Source: a bacterium (GTDB taxonomy: Bacteria > Zhuqueibacterota > Zhuqueibacteria > Residuimicrobiales > Krinioviventaceae). Taken from it: a stretch of 64,000 bases of DNA. The notes below the pieces were generated by a model that saw nothing but the letters and a program-made list of their open reading frames with translations, was not told the origin of the DNA and did no database searches. A program made the translations under genes and the position numbers. Location: NCBI GenBank assembly GCA_963675755.2, contig CAXXMD010000003.1, positions 3,577,765 through 3,641,764 of the forward strand, given 5' to 3'. Shown piece by piece: positions 26,793-38,300 of the stretch (positions are counted from its first letter, which is position 1; each line of letters starts with the position of its first letter).

Positions 26793-28181
26793 TTATAAAA
26801 GACTCTTTGTATATTGGTTACATTTATTTTGTAATTGTGATTTTTCACTCGAGTATTTGGGATTATTTGCAAGATTGTTTTTTTCATGCGGATCATTTTC
26901 CAGATCATACAATTCTTCATATACCGGATTTTGTTCCATATATCTCAGGTATTTGAATTTATGAGTAACCACGCCCTCGGATTTTGGAATACGTTCATGA
27001 TTAAATAAATGTTCATAAAAGAATTCAGTTCTCCATTCGGGATTTTTATGAGAGACAACCGGTTTAAGGCTTTTTCCCTGCATTTCTTCAGGTATAGTTA
27101 GACCCGCATAATCGAGAATGGTTGGTGCAATATCAATATTTAGTGTCATTTGAGAATGTTTTTTACCGCGTTGAGATTTTGGCAGGCGGGGATCGTGAAT
27201 AATCATGGGAACCCGTATAGATTCCTCATGTCCGTACCATTTACCGGCAAGACCATGTTCTCCCAGATAGAATCCATTATCTCCGGTATATAAAATGATG
27301 GTATTTTGATCAAGATTGTTTTGTTTCAGAGTATTCATAATCCGTTCAACAACTTTGTCTACTCCTGTTATAAGGCGGTAATAACCTTTGACTGAATTTT
27401 GGTATTTTTCGGGAGTAGAAAAGCGAATGTCCCAGCGGCGCCGGGCTTCATTGTCTTTTTTGAAAAACTCGGGAAAGCTGTCATAGTATTTGGGATCGGC
27501 TGTTTCAGGTTCGGGTATGGTAACGTCTTTGTACAGGTCTTTGTATTGTGGATCATAGATGAACTGACGGGGGTCACCATCCTGTACATGCGGTGCTTTA
27601 AAGCTGATAGATAAGCAAAACGGGGCCTGATTGTTCTGCATATTCAGAAATTCTTCTGCCTGGTCTCCCATAATACTGGTTAAATGTTTGGGATTACCTT
27701 GCGAATCAGTCTGTTCGTATTTGGGTTGTCCGGGAATGCCTTTCCAGTAATCAAAAGAGGATTCTGGCATTGTATTACCCACACCCCACTTGCCGATAAA
27801 ACCGGTTTGATATCCTGCCTGCTTTAATAACAGGGGATAGGTATTGTTTAATGCTTGCGTGGAAAAGGGAGAAGAAAAACCATGTATACCATGTCTGCGG
27901 GCATATTGTCCACTGAATATGCTGGCGCGGCTTGTACAACAAATGGATGTTGTTACAAATGCATTGCTAAACATTGCACCATCATCTGCAAGGGCATCAA
28001 TGTTTGGTGTTTGAATAATAGAATTTCCGGCACATCCTAGTGCATCCCATCTTTGGTCATCAGTCAGCAAAAAAATGATGTTAGGTGGTTTTTGCTGACC
28101 TTTTGAACAAGATATAAAAGGAGTAGTAGCTGCCAGGCCTGCCATGTTTTTGATAAACTGTCTGCGCGATGATTTTTTCAT
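26793..28181 (-). CDS. Sulfatase, Tat-exported lipoprotein
   Basis: SRRQFIK Tat motif and lipobox-like ISC; PNIIFLLTDDQR; CCTSRASIFSG; GKW; KAPH; GDNG; YEELYDL.DP.E. Confidence 0.92.
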   Translation of the reverse strand: MKKSSRRQFIKNMAGLAATTPFISCSKGQQKPPNIIFLLTDDQRWDALGCAGNSIIQTPNIDALADDGAMFSNAFVTTSICCTSRASIFSGQYARRHGIHGFSSPFSTQALNNTYPLLLKQAGYQTGFIGKWGVGNTMPESSFDYWKGIPGQPKYEQTDSQGNPKHLTSIMGDQAEEFLNMQNNQAPFCLSISFKAPHVQDGDPRQFIYDPQYKDLYKDVTIPEPETADPKYYDSFPEFFKKDNEARRRWDIRFSTPEKYQNSVKGYYRLITGVDKVVERIMNTLKQNNLDQNTIILYTGDNGFYLGEHGLAGKWYGHEESIRVPMIIHDPRLPKSQRGKKHSQMTLNIDIAPTILDYAGLTIPEEMQGKSLKPVVSHKNPEWRTEFFYEHLFNHERIPKSEGVVTHKFKYLRYMEQNPVYEELYDLENDPHEKNNLANNPKYSSEKSQLQNKCNQYTKSLL

Positions 28182-28184
28182 ACC

Positions 28185-28835
28185 TTATCCTTGTATTAAT
28201 CGTTTTTCCTGAACGGTTCCACCACAAATATTGGTAACGCGTTCTAGAAATATATTATTATAGGTTTCCAGTTGCGAGTCTGGTAGAGATGTTGGGGCGA
28301 AAATTAATAATACTGCATTATGGGTTTTTACATCAACTGCGGTGCGTTTGGAATCTGTTATGGGAGAGCCAAAGGGACCGAGGTTATCTGCAACACAAAA
28401 CCGATCATACAAGTGGACCTCGTTGTTGTTGTGCCCAAAATATGATTCTCCTTCCAACCCCATTCGAAAGGTGATATTTCCCTCAATCTTGTCTGCATCG
28501 TAAACGCAAATAGGTAACAGGAAATCCAGTGAACACCAGTTACCTGTATCAACCAGAGTGTTTATAGAATAAAGCTCTTTATTTTTAATTGCGCGATTTA
28601 ATAATGCTTCTGACGATGGTCTGCGTTTGGTGGGATCTAGCTTGATTGCTCTGAAAAATTCTCTGGCATATTGTACGCCATTAATTTGACTAATGGGAGT
28701 GTTTTCATATTGATCATTATAGTGCTTTGCAGTAGAAATTAATTGTGAATATGCAGTATTCTCTATAGTGATCTGCAGGGAATTGACCGTGATCACACCG
28801 AGTTTGACCGGGAGATTTGATTCAATTTGCCACAT
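28185..28835 (-). CDS. B3/B4 tRNA-editing domain protein (PheT-related, free-standing)
   Basis: DPTKRRPSSEALLNR, INTLVD..N, YDAD, GPFGSPITDS.RT. Confidence 0.85.
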   Translation of the reverse strand: MWQIESNLPVKLGVITVNSLQITIENTAYSQLISTAKHYNDQYENTPISQINGVQYAREFFRAIKLDPTKRRPSSEALLNRAIKNKELYSINTLVDTGNWCSLDFLLPICVYDADKIEGNITFRMGLEGESYFGHNNNEVHLYDRFCVADNLGPFGSPITDSKRTAVDVKTHNAVLLIFAPTSLPDSQLETYNNIFLERVTNICGGTVQEKRLIQG

Positions 28836-28915
28836 AATTGTATCCAGTTTTATTTATAAATATAAATTTTTATATGTGAAAACCAATATAAAACTAGGTG
28901 TAATAGGGGGCGGGT

Positions 28916-28945
28916 AAAAAAAAAGACCGCCAATGGGTGGCGGTC
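28916..28945 (-). terminator. Rho-independent terminator after alkaline phosphatase
   Basis: GACCGCCA-ATGGG-TGGCGGTC preceded by A9 on +. Confidence 0.85.
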
Positions 28946-28951
28946 CTGTTT

Positions 28952-30061
28952 CTAAAGTTGAATGAATTGGATTATAGTCTTGCCGATGTGGGTATTATCC
29001 TGAATGCCTGCAAGGGCATCACTACCCGGTCCATAAGCAAACAATGGAACCATGGTACCGGAATGTCCGCCAGAAGTAAACAGGGTTTTGGTAACAGTTT
29101 TTTCTTCAATTGAACCATCTTGTAATGAAAATCCACCGGTTTCGTGATCTGCGGTAACGATAACAAGTGTGTTCTCGTCCTGTTCCGCAAAATCCATTCC
29201 TGCACCAATAGCATCATCAAAATCAACCATTTCACCTATAATGTATTCCGGTTCGTTATCATGACCACCCCAGTCAATTTGTGAGCCTTCAACCATGAGA
29301 ATAAAACCATCTTTATTCTTTGACAGAATGCGGATTGCCTTTGCTGTCAATTCAGCCAATGAAATTTGACGTTCATTGGCTTGTGGGGGGTGGTTGGGAT
29401 ATAACAGGGCAGCGGCAGGTTTTTCTTCATCCAGTTGATTATATTCTTCAGGTGTGAGGGCAAGCTGCATTCTCTGTTTCATTAATGATAACAGGTCTTT
29501 GTCATCCTCACGTTTGCTGTCTTGAGCAGATTGGGGGATGAAATATGCCCAGCCGCTATTAAAAAGAACAGTCAGTGGGAAATTTGCAACCTGTTCTGCT
29601 ATTTCATTTTGCATTCCGCGTTTTGCAACGTGAGAAACAAATCCGGCAGGGGTTGCATGAGTTACTGAGCATGTACTAACCAAGCCGGTAGACATGTTTT
29701 TTTCAATTGCGTATTCGAAAGCATTTTTTATAGGTTCACCATCTGGTGTTTGGCCGATTGTGCCATTTGAGGTTTTTACACCTGTAGACATTGCTGTTGC
29801 ACCTGCAGCAGAATCGGTAACATATTTGTTTTGAGAATGTGTAGTTACCAGTCCCAATGTTTTAAAACGTTCCAGGTTTAATGTACCTTTAACAGTTTTG
29901 CCCGCTGTAACCTGGCTTGTGCCCATCCCATCACCAATAAAAATAATAACGTTTTTTGGAATATTATTAGATTGAATTTCATCCTGACTTTTTGAAAAGT
30001 TGAGAAATGTAATAATGGTGAGTGCAATAAAAGTAAATATTATTACGATTTTTTTTGGCAT
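28952..30061 (-). CDS. phoA: Alkaline phosphatase
   Basis: FIGDGMG, TDSAAGATA, THATPA, VEGSQIDWGGH, TADHETGG. Start reassigned to ATG 30061 (MPKK..., RBS AAGGA). Confidence 0.92.
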   Translation of the reverse strand: MPKKIVIIFTFIALTIITFLNFSKSQDEIQSNNIPKNVIIFIGDGMGTSQVTAGKTVKGTLNLERFKTLGLVTTHSQNKYVTDSAAGATAMSTGVKTSNGTIGQTPDGEPIKNAFEYAIEKNMSTGLVSTCSVTHATPAGFVSHVAKRGMQNEIAEQVANFPLTVLFNSGWAYFIPQSAQDSKREDDKDLLSLMKQRMQLALTPEEYNQLDEEKPAAALLYPNHPPQANERQISLAELTAKAIRILSKNKDGFILMVEGSQIDWGGHDNEPEYIIGEMVDFDDAIGAGMDFAEQDENTLVIVTADHETGGFSLQDGSIEEKTVTKTLFTSGGHSGTMVPLFAYGPGSDALAGIQDNTHIGKTIIQFIQL

Positions 30062-30290
30062 TTCGAGTCCTTTTCTGGTTCCATTTATTAATCTATACCC
30101 GCAGAATTCTAAAATTGAAGAGAAATATAATGAAATGATTGTTATATAACAAATCAAATCAAGACAAATAAAATATATTTGAATTTTATGATCAGAATTA
30201 AATTTATTGTAATAATAATTTTTAAAAAAATATTCCGGGCTAAAGAAAAAATCCGGTGAAAGGTTGTTTGTTTTTCACCGGATTAAATAA

Positions 30291-33191
30291 TTACTCTATT
30301 AACATCATTTTTATTTGTTCTACATAATCACCTGCTTCAAGTACAAGATAGTAAATACCTGTTGCATAATGTTGCGCGTTCCAATTTTGAATATAACTGC
30401 CTGGAGATCTTGGCGCTGAATATAGAGTTTCAAGTAATTGTCCGTTAATATTATATATTTTTATTGTAACATGACACTTTATCGGAATGTTGTATTGAAT
30501 CATAGTCGATGAGTTAAAGGGATTTGGATGATTTTGATATAATTTAAACGTTTCCGGCAAATGTCCTGTATCAGTCTCATTCTTTACAAAGGTAGTATTT
30601 GAATTTGTTGAGATGAAAATATCGTCCAGAAAGAATTCGGATTGATTATCTATATATGCCATTGAATCCATTTCTACAACCCAACTCAGTGTATGATTGC
30701 CCTGCGATATGGGAAATGTTTTTAACGTCCAATTATCCGTATCATTATCACTAACCAGAATAGCTCTGAATATATTATCTATATAAAACAAGGTATACAT
30801 GGATAATCCTTTTGATTTAAAGAAAAAAGAAAGATAATCATTTTGAGAGTAGTTTATATTCAGATCCAATTTTGCTTTATCACCAGGTTGTAACTGGCCC
30901 AGATATGCCGAGTAATTTCCGGTATTGGATTGCATGTTTGTAACTGTCCAGTCATATGTTCCGTTATTCTGCCAGGGAATGTCGGAAGATTCTAAGCTGC
31001 CAGATTCGAACGTTTCAGTATTTTCATTATATACTACCATATATGTTATTGTACTGGTTATTACATTGTCTGAATATTCTGTTGTAGGCAGGGAGCCGGT
31101 AGATTGATTATCGTTGATATCTAAAGAAAACTCTGATTTGAACGAATATACTCCACTTTTATCCGGCATGAAATTGATTTGGTTTTCATTGGGATTTGAA
31201 ATGGAAAACGAACTGTTTTGTGGTTTTAGATCGAGTGTCCATTGAACTGTTTCATTTGATATATTAATTTCAGGAAGGGTGGGCGTGAGAAGCGAACTTT
31301 TGAGGGTTGCCGTTGTTCCCGGAACGACAAGCCGGGTTTCTGTATCGATTTCAGAAACAAACATTTGATGAGGAATGATATATTCTGTTTTGTCACTTTC
31401 CGGGATTGTATTGGGATTTTCAATGGTAGGAAAATCCATATATTCATTACCAATATAAATATCAGCATTATTTAATAGCGTTTCTGTGTTTCCAAATGAA
31501 AAATTGTCTGTAATTCTCCAAATTCCCATTTGGTTTTCAAAATTACTCTCACAATAGAGTTGCTGGTCATCCAGATACAGGGCAAATTTTTCCAGTTTCT
31601 CTGCCCCATCATTTGCTGTCCAGCTATCGAGTGCCGGTGCTACATCATAGACCAAACCGGAAACAGGTGTGTCTTCTGAGCCATCAATACAAGCGACAAA
31701 TAATCCGTTTAATGTTTTACTATTATTCTTTTCCACAAAAATATCCCGGGCACGGATTGTTATAAAATTTTGATAATCAGGATTACGACAGATCATAACC
31801 TCTCCAGATCGTACAAGCACAACTAATCCGATATCCTTGGTTATATCATCAAGGTGAGAGGCATTTGTGTTGCCATTGAGTGTAGCCATGAGATCATTTT
31901 CATGACCGGTATCTGGAAAAGTAATTCTTCCCCCGGCATGATTATCTAACCATGCTTTTATATTGGCCTGGTTCGAACTTGGATATTGGGGGATTAACGT
32001 TGTTGCCAGGTCATTACTTGAAAAATTTTGACTGTCACTATAACGCGTCCATGAACCGTCAGGATTTTTTCTGTAATCAGAATAATTATCGTCCAATCCC
32101 AAAAGATGACCTGCCTCATGCGCGTAAACTGCATCCAGCGATTCTCCGTTAGTGTCCCATTTGCCGCCGCCATAACATTCGTTAGGCGTAGTAATGGCAT
32201 TTACGTAACTGATGTCTGTATCCGTTAGCTGGATCTGGTGATATCCGCGGGTTCCGGTTGGTGTTGTAGTAGAGTTGCTGTTTCTAGTTTTAACGGTAAC
32301 GTTTACTTTTTTACCATCAGTGGTTGTCTTGCCAGACCATTTACTTTCTATTGCATTTTTAACTTTTTGAATATTTTCGGAAGTTGCTCCATCGCCCCAA
32401 AATTCAAGATACATCCGGATTTCAATTTCATCCTGTTCTTCCGGATTTGTATTGTCAATTGTAATCGACATACAATCCCCAAACATGCCACCTTTACTGA
32501 TTAAGGAAATCATGCCTTTGGCTGCTGCTTGTCCCAGTGTTAATTTATAGGCTGCAACAGATCCGGGGTGCACCGGCGAACAAGGATCCTCCAGAATTGT
32601 TTCAGGAATATCATATAAAGATTCAATATGGGATTTTAATTTTTTCGGGTATTCTTTAGGTTCAATTTGTTGCATACCTGGGCCTTCGCAAGGCTCTGAC
32701 GGGATTATATCAAGCAATTCTGAAGTATCGTATATTAAATTTATTTCTTCAGGAGTATTATCATTAATTACACTCACGATTCCATCAAACTGTTCATTTG
32801 CAAGATTCTCTGTGTTTACCTCATGGATTTGCTCGTTTGCTCGTATTAAAAGACGTGCAAATGTTCTGTCATGGAATGCCTCAGACTTGAATTTGGATGT
32901 TAAATTAAAAAAGTCATTATTTTGTATGGCATCCCATATGTTTTGCAACTGTGATGTGTCAAGTGTTACAGTCAATTTGGAGATGGGAGCCTGATCGATT
33001 TGTTCCGGATAAAAGATAGTATAAGTACATTCTCCATTTGCCAGAATACGTAGTGAATAGTTTTGGGTCCCGGGCATAGAACCACCGGAATTGGCTAATA
33101 TTAATAAATCATCCGGTATTTGTGCTAAAATTTGAGATAACGGTAACAAGAATAGAAATAAAAGTTTTGAAATTTGGCGGGAAATTATCAT
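30291..33191 (-). CDS. Multidomain secreted protein: zinc metallopeptidase (HEXXH) + Ig/PKD-like + beta-sandwich + T9SS/FlgD-type CTD
   Basis: Signal peptide; AHEAGHLLGLDD and downstream NDLM Met-turn; QNHPNPFNSST CTD. Confidence 0.82.
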   Translation of the reverse strand: MIISRQISKLLFLFLLPLSQILAQIPDDLLILANSGGSMPGTQNYSLRILANGECTYTIFYPEQIDQAPISKLTVTLDTSQLQNIWDAIQNNDFFNLTSKFKSEAFHDRTFARLLIRANEQIHEVNTENLANEQFDGIVSVINDNTPEEINLIYDTSELLDIIPSEPCEGPGMQQIEPKEYPKKLKSHIESLYDIPETILEDPCSPVHPGSVAAYKLTLGQAAAKGMISLISKGGMFGDCMSITIDNTNPEEQDEIEIRMYLEFWGDGATSENIQKVKNAIESKWSGKTTTDGKKVNVTVKTRNSNSTTTPTGTRGYHQIQLTDTDISYVNAITTPNECYGGGKWDTNGESLDAVYAHEAGHLLGLDDNYSDYRKNPDGSWTRYSDSQNFSSNDLATTLIPQYPSSNQANIKAWLDNHAGGRITFPDTGHENDLMATLNGNTNASHLDDITKDIGLVVLVRSGEVMICRNPDYQNFITIRARDIFVEKNNSKTLNGLFVACIDGSEDTPVSGLVYDVAPALDSWTANDGAEKLEKFALYLDDQQLYCESNFENQMGIWRITDNFSFGNTETLLNNADIYIGNEYMDFPTIENPNTIPESDKTEYIIPHQMFVSEIDTETRLVVPGTTATLKSSLLTPTLPEINISNETVQWTLDLKPQNSSFSISNPNENQINFMPDKSGVYSFKSEFSLDINDNQSTGSLPTTEYSDNVITSTITYMVVYNENTETFESGSLESSDIPWQNNGTYDWTVTNMQSNTGNYSAYLGQLQPGDKAKLDLNINYSQNDYLSFFFKSKGLSMYTLFYIDNIFRAILVSDNDTDNWTLKTFPISQGNHTLSWVVEMDSMAYIDNQSEFFLDDIFISTNSNTTFVKNETDTGHLPETFKLYQNHPNPFNSSTMIQYNIPIKCHVTIKIYNINGQLLETLYSAPRSPGSYIQNWNAQHYATGIYYLVLEAGDYVEQIKMMLIE

Positions 33192-33349
33192 AATTACACC
33201 TCAATGATAATTAATATTTTTGGAAGGAATTAACCAAGAACAATGAAGCCTATATTATTGAATTTAATTCAATTAAAGTGTTTCACAAGAAAGAATTTGG
33301 AAAATTAGATCAGAAACTGATTTTTACGGTATGCCAGAGTGGAGAGAAT

Positions 33350-33369
33350 AAGGGGGCTTTTGCCCCCTT
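33350..33369 (-). terminator. GC-rich hairpin, likely terminator after the peroxiredoxin gene
   Basis: AAGGGGGC-TTTT-GCCCCCTT; weak U-tract. Confidence 0.55.
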
Positions 33370-33374
33370 GGTTT

Positions 33375-33944
33375 TTACATGTTTTTAATAAACTCTAATA
33401 CCTCTTCACTATCCATTGCAGCTTTAACCTCGGTATTTTTATAGACCAGTTTGTTATTTTTATCAATGATAAATGTCCAACGTGATGTTGTAAGATTTCG
33501 TTTCAGTGTTACCTTTTTACCATCAATTTCCCGTTCAATAGAACCACCATCTCGTGTTGGTACGCCAAAAGTCTCTGCAATTTTACCTTCTGAATCTGAA
33601 AGCAGGGTGAAATTTAAATTATTAGCCTCTTTAAAGTATTCCAAATTTTTTACATCATCACCACTAATCCCTACTACAGATGCTCCTGCTTCTTCCAGGT
33701 CTGATTTGTGATCTCGATAAGCACAGGCTTGTTTAGTACAACCACCGGTCATTGCTACGGGATAAAAATAAACAACCAGAGCTTTTTCACCCGTGTGTTC
33801 CTGAGATTTCCATAAATTACCGCTATCATCCATTGCCTGAAAATCAGGTATTGTATCTCCAATTGATCGATCCGTGCTGGTTTCTTTGCTGAATGAAAAA
33901 TTAACAGCAATAAAAAGGAAAAGTATCATTAATTTTATTTTCAT
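33375..33944 (-). CDS. Peroxiredoxin (Bcp/PrxQ), exported
   Basis: YFYP.AMTGGCTKQACAYRD; signal peptide. Confidence 0.9.
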   Translation of the reverse strand: MKIKLMILFLFIAVNFSFSKETSTDRSIGDTIPDFQAMDDSGNLWKSQEHTGEKALVVYFYPVAMTGGCTKQACAYRDHKSDLEEAGASVVGISGDDVKNLEYFKEANNLNFTLLSDSEGKIAETFGVPTRDGGSIEREIDGKKVTLKRNLTTSRWTFIIDKNNKLVYKNTEVKAAMDSEEVLEFIKNM

Positions 33945-34223
33945 TTTTTTCTCCGAACAGATTGTTTAGTTTCGTTCATTTTTTGATATTGCATAACATG
34001 AAACATTAACATTTATATTCTTATTTCCATCAAATAAAATCTTGTGGATTATTGCTTGTTTTTTATTACCTTGAAAACTTGTTTGTAAAAAAAATATTTA
34101 AATGGGAATATTTTTATCATTACAGGCATCTAATTTGTGTAACTTGTTTATAGTGTGTTTAACTGAGAACAAAATATATAGTTATACGTTATTAATAAAG
34201 AATTAACTATAGAGGAAAAAGGA

Positions 34224-35342
34224 ATGATTAACAAAAAGTTGGCTTTTTTAATTGTATTCATTATTTTAGTATTGGGACTGGTTTTACAAAATGTCTTGAG
34301 TAATCAAAAGCAGCCTATGCGACGTAATAATGCATCGGCAATCCCTCCTGTAAAAGTTTTAACAGTTGAAAATACAGATATTGTATCACAATTTGAAATT
34401 GGCGGTCATTTGACTGCATTTAATAATGTAGATATTTATGCTGAAGTATCTGGTATTTTAATAGAAACCCCAAAACGCTTTAAACCGGGAACCCGATTTA
34501 AAAAAGGCGATGTATTAATAAAAATTGATGATAGTGTTTATAAAAATCAGGTCCTTGCTCAAAAGAGCAGTTTGTTAAATCAATTAACATTGCTGTTGCC
34601 CGATCTCTCGATTGATTATCCTGGAAATATAGGCGAGTGGGAAAAATACCTGCATGACTTTAAACTTGATAAACCTTTAGCTCCGCTCCCTGAGCCTTCA
34701 TCTGATCAGGAACGTTATTATATTGCTTCAAATAATATTTATAATCTGTATTATACAGTGAAAAGCCAGGAAGCAACCTTGGAGAAATATACAATTTCTG
34801 CTCCATATGATGGAATTGTTACCGAATCGAATATTAATCCGGGAACATTGGTACGTACCGGACAAAATCTGGGTGAATTTACAAATACTGAAATGTATGA
34901 AATGGAAGCTTTTGCCAGTATTTATGAGGTTGAACAACTGCATATTGGTGATGTTGTGACACTTGCTACCGACGATGTTGAAGGTGAGTTCAAGGGAACG
35001 ATACAGAGGATTAACCAGGTTATTGACCCGAATTCACAGACACTCAAAGTATATATTGTGACTACTGACAATCGTTTAAGAGAGGGTATGTATTGTACAG
35101 CAACTATTAATACCCGGGAAATTAAAAATGCCTGTCGTGTCAGCCGTAATTTGTTGGTCGGCGAAGCCAATTTATACAAGATCCAACAGGATTCAACATT
35201 AAAACTTGTTGATATAAATGTTGTTACCGGTGATGATGACGATGTTATTATACAGGACCTTGCGGACGGAACAATGTTGTTGGGTCAGCCTATGACAAAT
35301 GCGTATAATGGTATGAAAATTGGTAAAATGATCACAAATTAA
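34224..35342 (+). CDS. RND efflux periplasmic adaptor (membrane fusion protein)
   Basis: N-terminal TM; AEVSG...FKKGDVL; ISAPYDG...PGTLVRTGQ; directly upstream of the RND permease. Confidence 0.9.
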   Translation: MINKKLAFLIVFIILVLGLVLQNVLSNQKQPMRRNNASAIPPVKVLTVENTDIVSQFEIGGHLTAFNNVDIYAEVSGILIETPKRFKPGTRFKKGDVLIKIDDSVYKNQVLAQKSSLLNQLTLLLPDLSIDYPGNIGEWEKYLHDFKLDKPLAPLPEPSSDQERYYIASNNIYNLYYTVKSQEATLEKYTISAPYDGIVTESNINPGTLVRTGQNLGEFTNTEMYEMEAFASIYEVEQLHIGDVVTLATDDVEGEFKGTIQRINQVIDPNSQTLKVYIVTTDNRLREGMYCTATINTREIKNACRVSRNLLVGEANLYKIQQDSTLKLVDINVVTGDDDDVIIQDLADGTMLLGQPMTNAYNGMKIGKMITN

Positions 35343-35359
35343 GCTGAAAGTTTCTTCTT

Positions 35360-38300
35360 ATGAAAAATTTGATTCGCTATTTTATAAAGTTTCCTATTCT
35401 TGGGAATACGATCCTCTTTACTATGGTCTTGTTTGGAATTTTTGGGTTCACAAGTACACGTACCACATTTTTTCCACCTGTACCCAGTAAATATATTATG
35501 ATATCTGCCAGTTATCCTGGTGCGGCACCGGATGAAATTGAAGAGGCTATTGTTCTTAAAATTGAAGATAATTTAAAGGGCGTAACAGGTGTAGAGCGTG
35601 TAACCTCGGTTTCCCGGGAAAATGCGTGTTCAATTAATGTGGAAATGACAACCGGATATGATATTGATGTTGTTTTACAAGATGTAAAAAACGCTGTTGA
35701 ACAGGTTAGCACTTTTCCCGATGGTATGGAACAGCTCAAAGTCTTTAAGCAGGAAATGATCAGTTTTGCGGCGGATTTTGTTATTAGCGGTGATGTTGAT
35801 CTCAAGGTGTTGAAACAATACTCGCGTAAAGCGGAACGCGACTTACTTTCCATGGATGGAATCTCCAAAGTTTCCCTGAGTGGTTTTCCTAATGAGGAAA
35901 TTGAGATCAGTATGCGCGAAAATGATCTGCGTGCATTGGGTTTAACATTCACCGAAGTTGTAAATTCTATTAAAAAAGCCAATATCAAAGTTACCGGTGG
36001 TACAATCAAGGGGAAAAAAGAAGAGTTACAGATTCGTGCAGATTTAAAAGGTTATTATGCCAAAGATCTGGCAAATCATGTTCTTCGTACCACTGATGAT
36101 GGAAATGTTATTTATTTAAAAGATGTAGCTGATGTTATAGATAGATGGTCAGAAAGTCCAAACCGTGTATATTTTAACGGACAACGTTGTGTTCGTGTTA
36201 CAATACAAAATTTGAATGAAGAAGATCTGTTCCATATTGCAGGTCAGGTTAAAGAATATGTAGCTGATTTCAACAATACACATAGCGATGCCAAGGCTTT
36301 TATACTTCGGGATGGCTCTGAAATTATCAAAGAACGTATTGATATTTTAACTTCAAACGGTTTGCTGGGAATGTTTCTGGTATTGTTACTTTTGACACTT
36401 TCTCTTAATATCCGAATGGCATTCTGGGTTGCTATTGCAATCCCCATCTCATTTGCAGGTATGTTTATGTTGTCTCCATTTTATGATCTGACCATTAATG
36501 TTATGTCCTTAATGGCGATGATTCTGGTGTTGGGTATTCTGGTGGATGATGGTATTGTGATAGCTGAAAATATTTACCAGCACCACGAGCGCGGTAAAAA
36601 ACCGATACAGGCTGCGGTTGATGGTACTATTGAAGTTTTACCCTCGGTTACAGCTTCAATTTTAACAACGGTTGTTGTTTTTTCTACTTTTTTCTTTCTG
36701 GAAGGTGGCTTGGGAGATCGTGCAAGGGATATTGCATTTGTTGTAATTGCAACTTTGATGATCTCGCTTGTTGAAGGAATGCTTATTTTGCCCGCTCATA
36801 TTGCCCATTCACGTGCTTTGCGTGTTTCAAAAGATCAGGTAAGCAAGTTTGAAAAATGGACCGATACGGGATTAAAGAAAATTCGTGATAAAGTTTATTC
36901 ACCTGTGCTGAAATTTGCAATTCATCATCCCGTTGTTGTATTGTCTATACCGATTGCAGTTATGTTGATAACGGTTGGCGCGTTAAAAGGTGGTATCCTT
37001 AAAACAACGTTTTTCCCGTTTATTGAAAGACGATCTGTTAATATTACTCTAGAAATGCCTGCAGGTACACCGGTAGCAATCACTGACAGTATCCTGGCCG
37101 GTATTGAAACGCATGTTTGGGAAGTCAACGACATGTATAAAGAAAGCCATAATGGTCAGGAATTGGTTACCGAGTTGTCGAGAAATGTTGGCGGCGGTAC
37201 TCACCAGGGAGGTCTGCGTGTTGAATTGATCAGTGGCGAGCATAGAGACTGGTCCAGTATGGATGTTCAAAACCATCTCCGTAGTCAGATTGGTATTGTA
37301 CCCGGTGCCCAGACATTCCAGGTGGGTGGCGGCGGCAATTTTGGTATGCCGGTTTCCATCGCAATGCATGGTGATGATTTGGATGAGCTGCGCGAAGCAA
37401 AAGAAATTCTTAAAGGCGAATTGCGTCAGCTTGAAAAGCTCAAAGATGTTATTGATGACGATCCTCCGGGATTAAGAGAAGTTCATATTCAACTCAAAGA
37501 CAAAGCTTTTGCCCTCGGTTTAAATACAGCGGATGTGGTTGCCCAGGTTAGAAGTGGATTCTTTGGTAGTGAAGCCCAACGAATTTTACGCGGCATTGAC
37601 GAAGTCAAGATCTGGGCAAGGTATGCTGAGCAGGACCGTTCATCCATTAAAGATCTTGAAGATATGCGGATACGCCTGTCTGATGGAAGAGAGTTCCCTC
37701 TTAAAGAAATTGCGGAATTTACCATTCAACGTGGTGTTATGGCCATTAACCATATCGATGCCCAGCGTGTGATCTCGGTTGAAGCTGATGTTGCAAATCA
37801 AAAAGATTCTGTACCCGAGATTATATCTCAGATCAAAGCAGAAATTTTGCCGGATATTGCTAAACAGTTTCCCGATATTCATTTTGATTTTGAAGGCCAA
37901 AGCCGTGAAAATGCCAAGACGGTCAGGGCAATGAAACGTGTATTACCACCAGTATTGATCATGATGTTTTTTATTGTGGTTGTAACATTTAGGTCTTTTT
38001 CACAGGCTTCTATTGTGTTCTCACTAATACCCTTTAGTTTAATTGGTGTGCTTTGGGGACATTATATTCAGGGCCACATTGTGAGTATGTTGTCCTTGTT
38101 TGGTACGATAGCGCTTGCAGGTATTGTTGTTAATGACTCGCTTGTTTTTATAAGTGCGTTCAATCAAAAATTGAAAAAAGGTGTTGAATTCAATGAAGCA
38201 TTATTGGATGCAGGACTTTCCAGGTTTAGACCGGTAATGCTGACCTCTTTGACCACCATTGGTGGTTTGGGACCCTTGATTTTTGAAAAAAGTCATCAGG

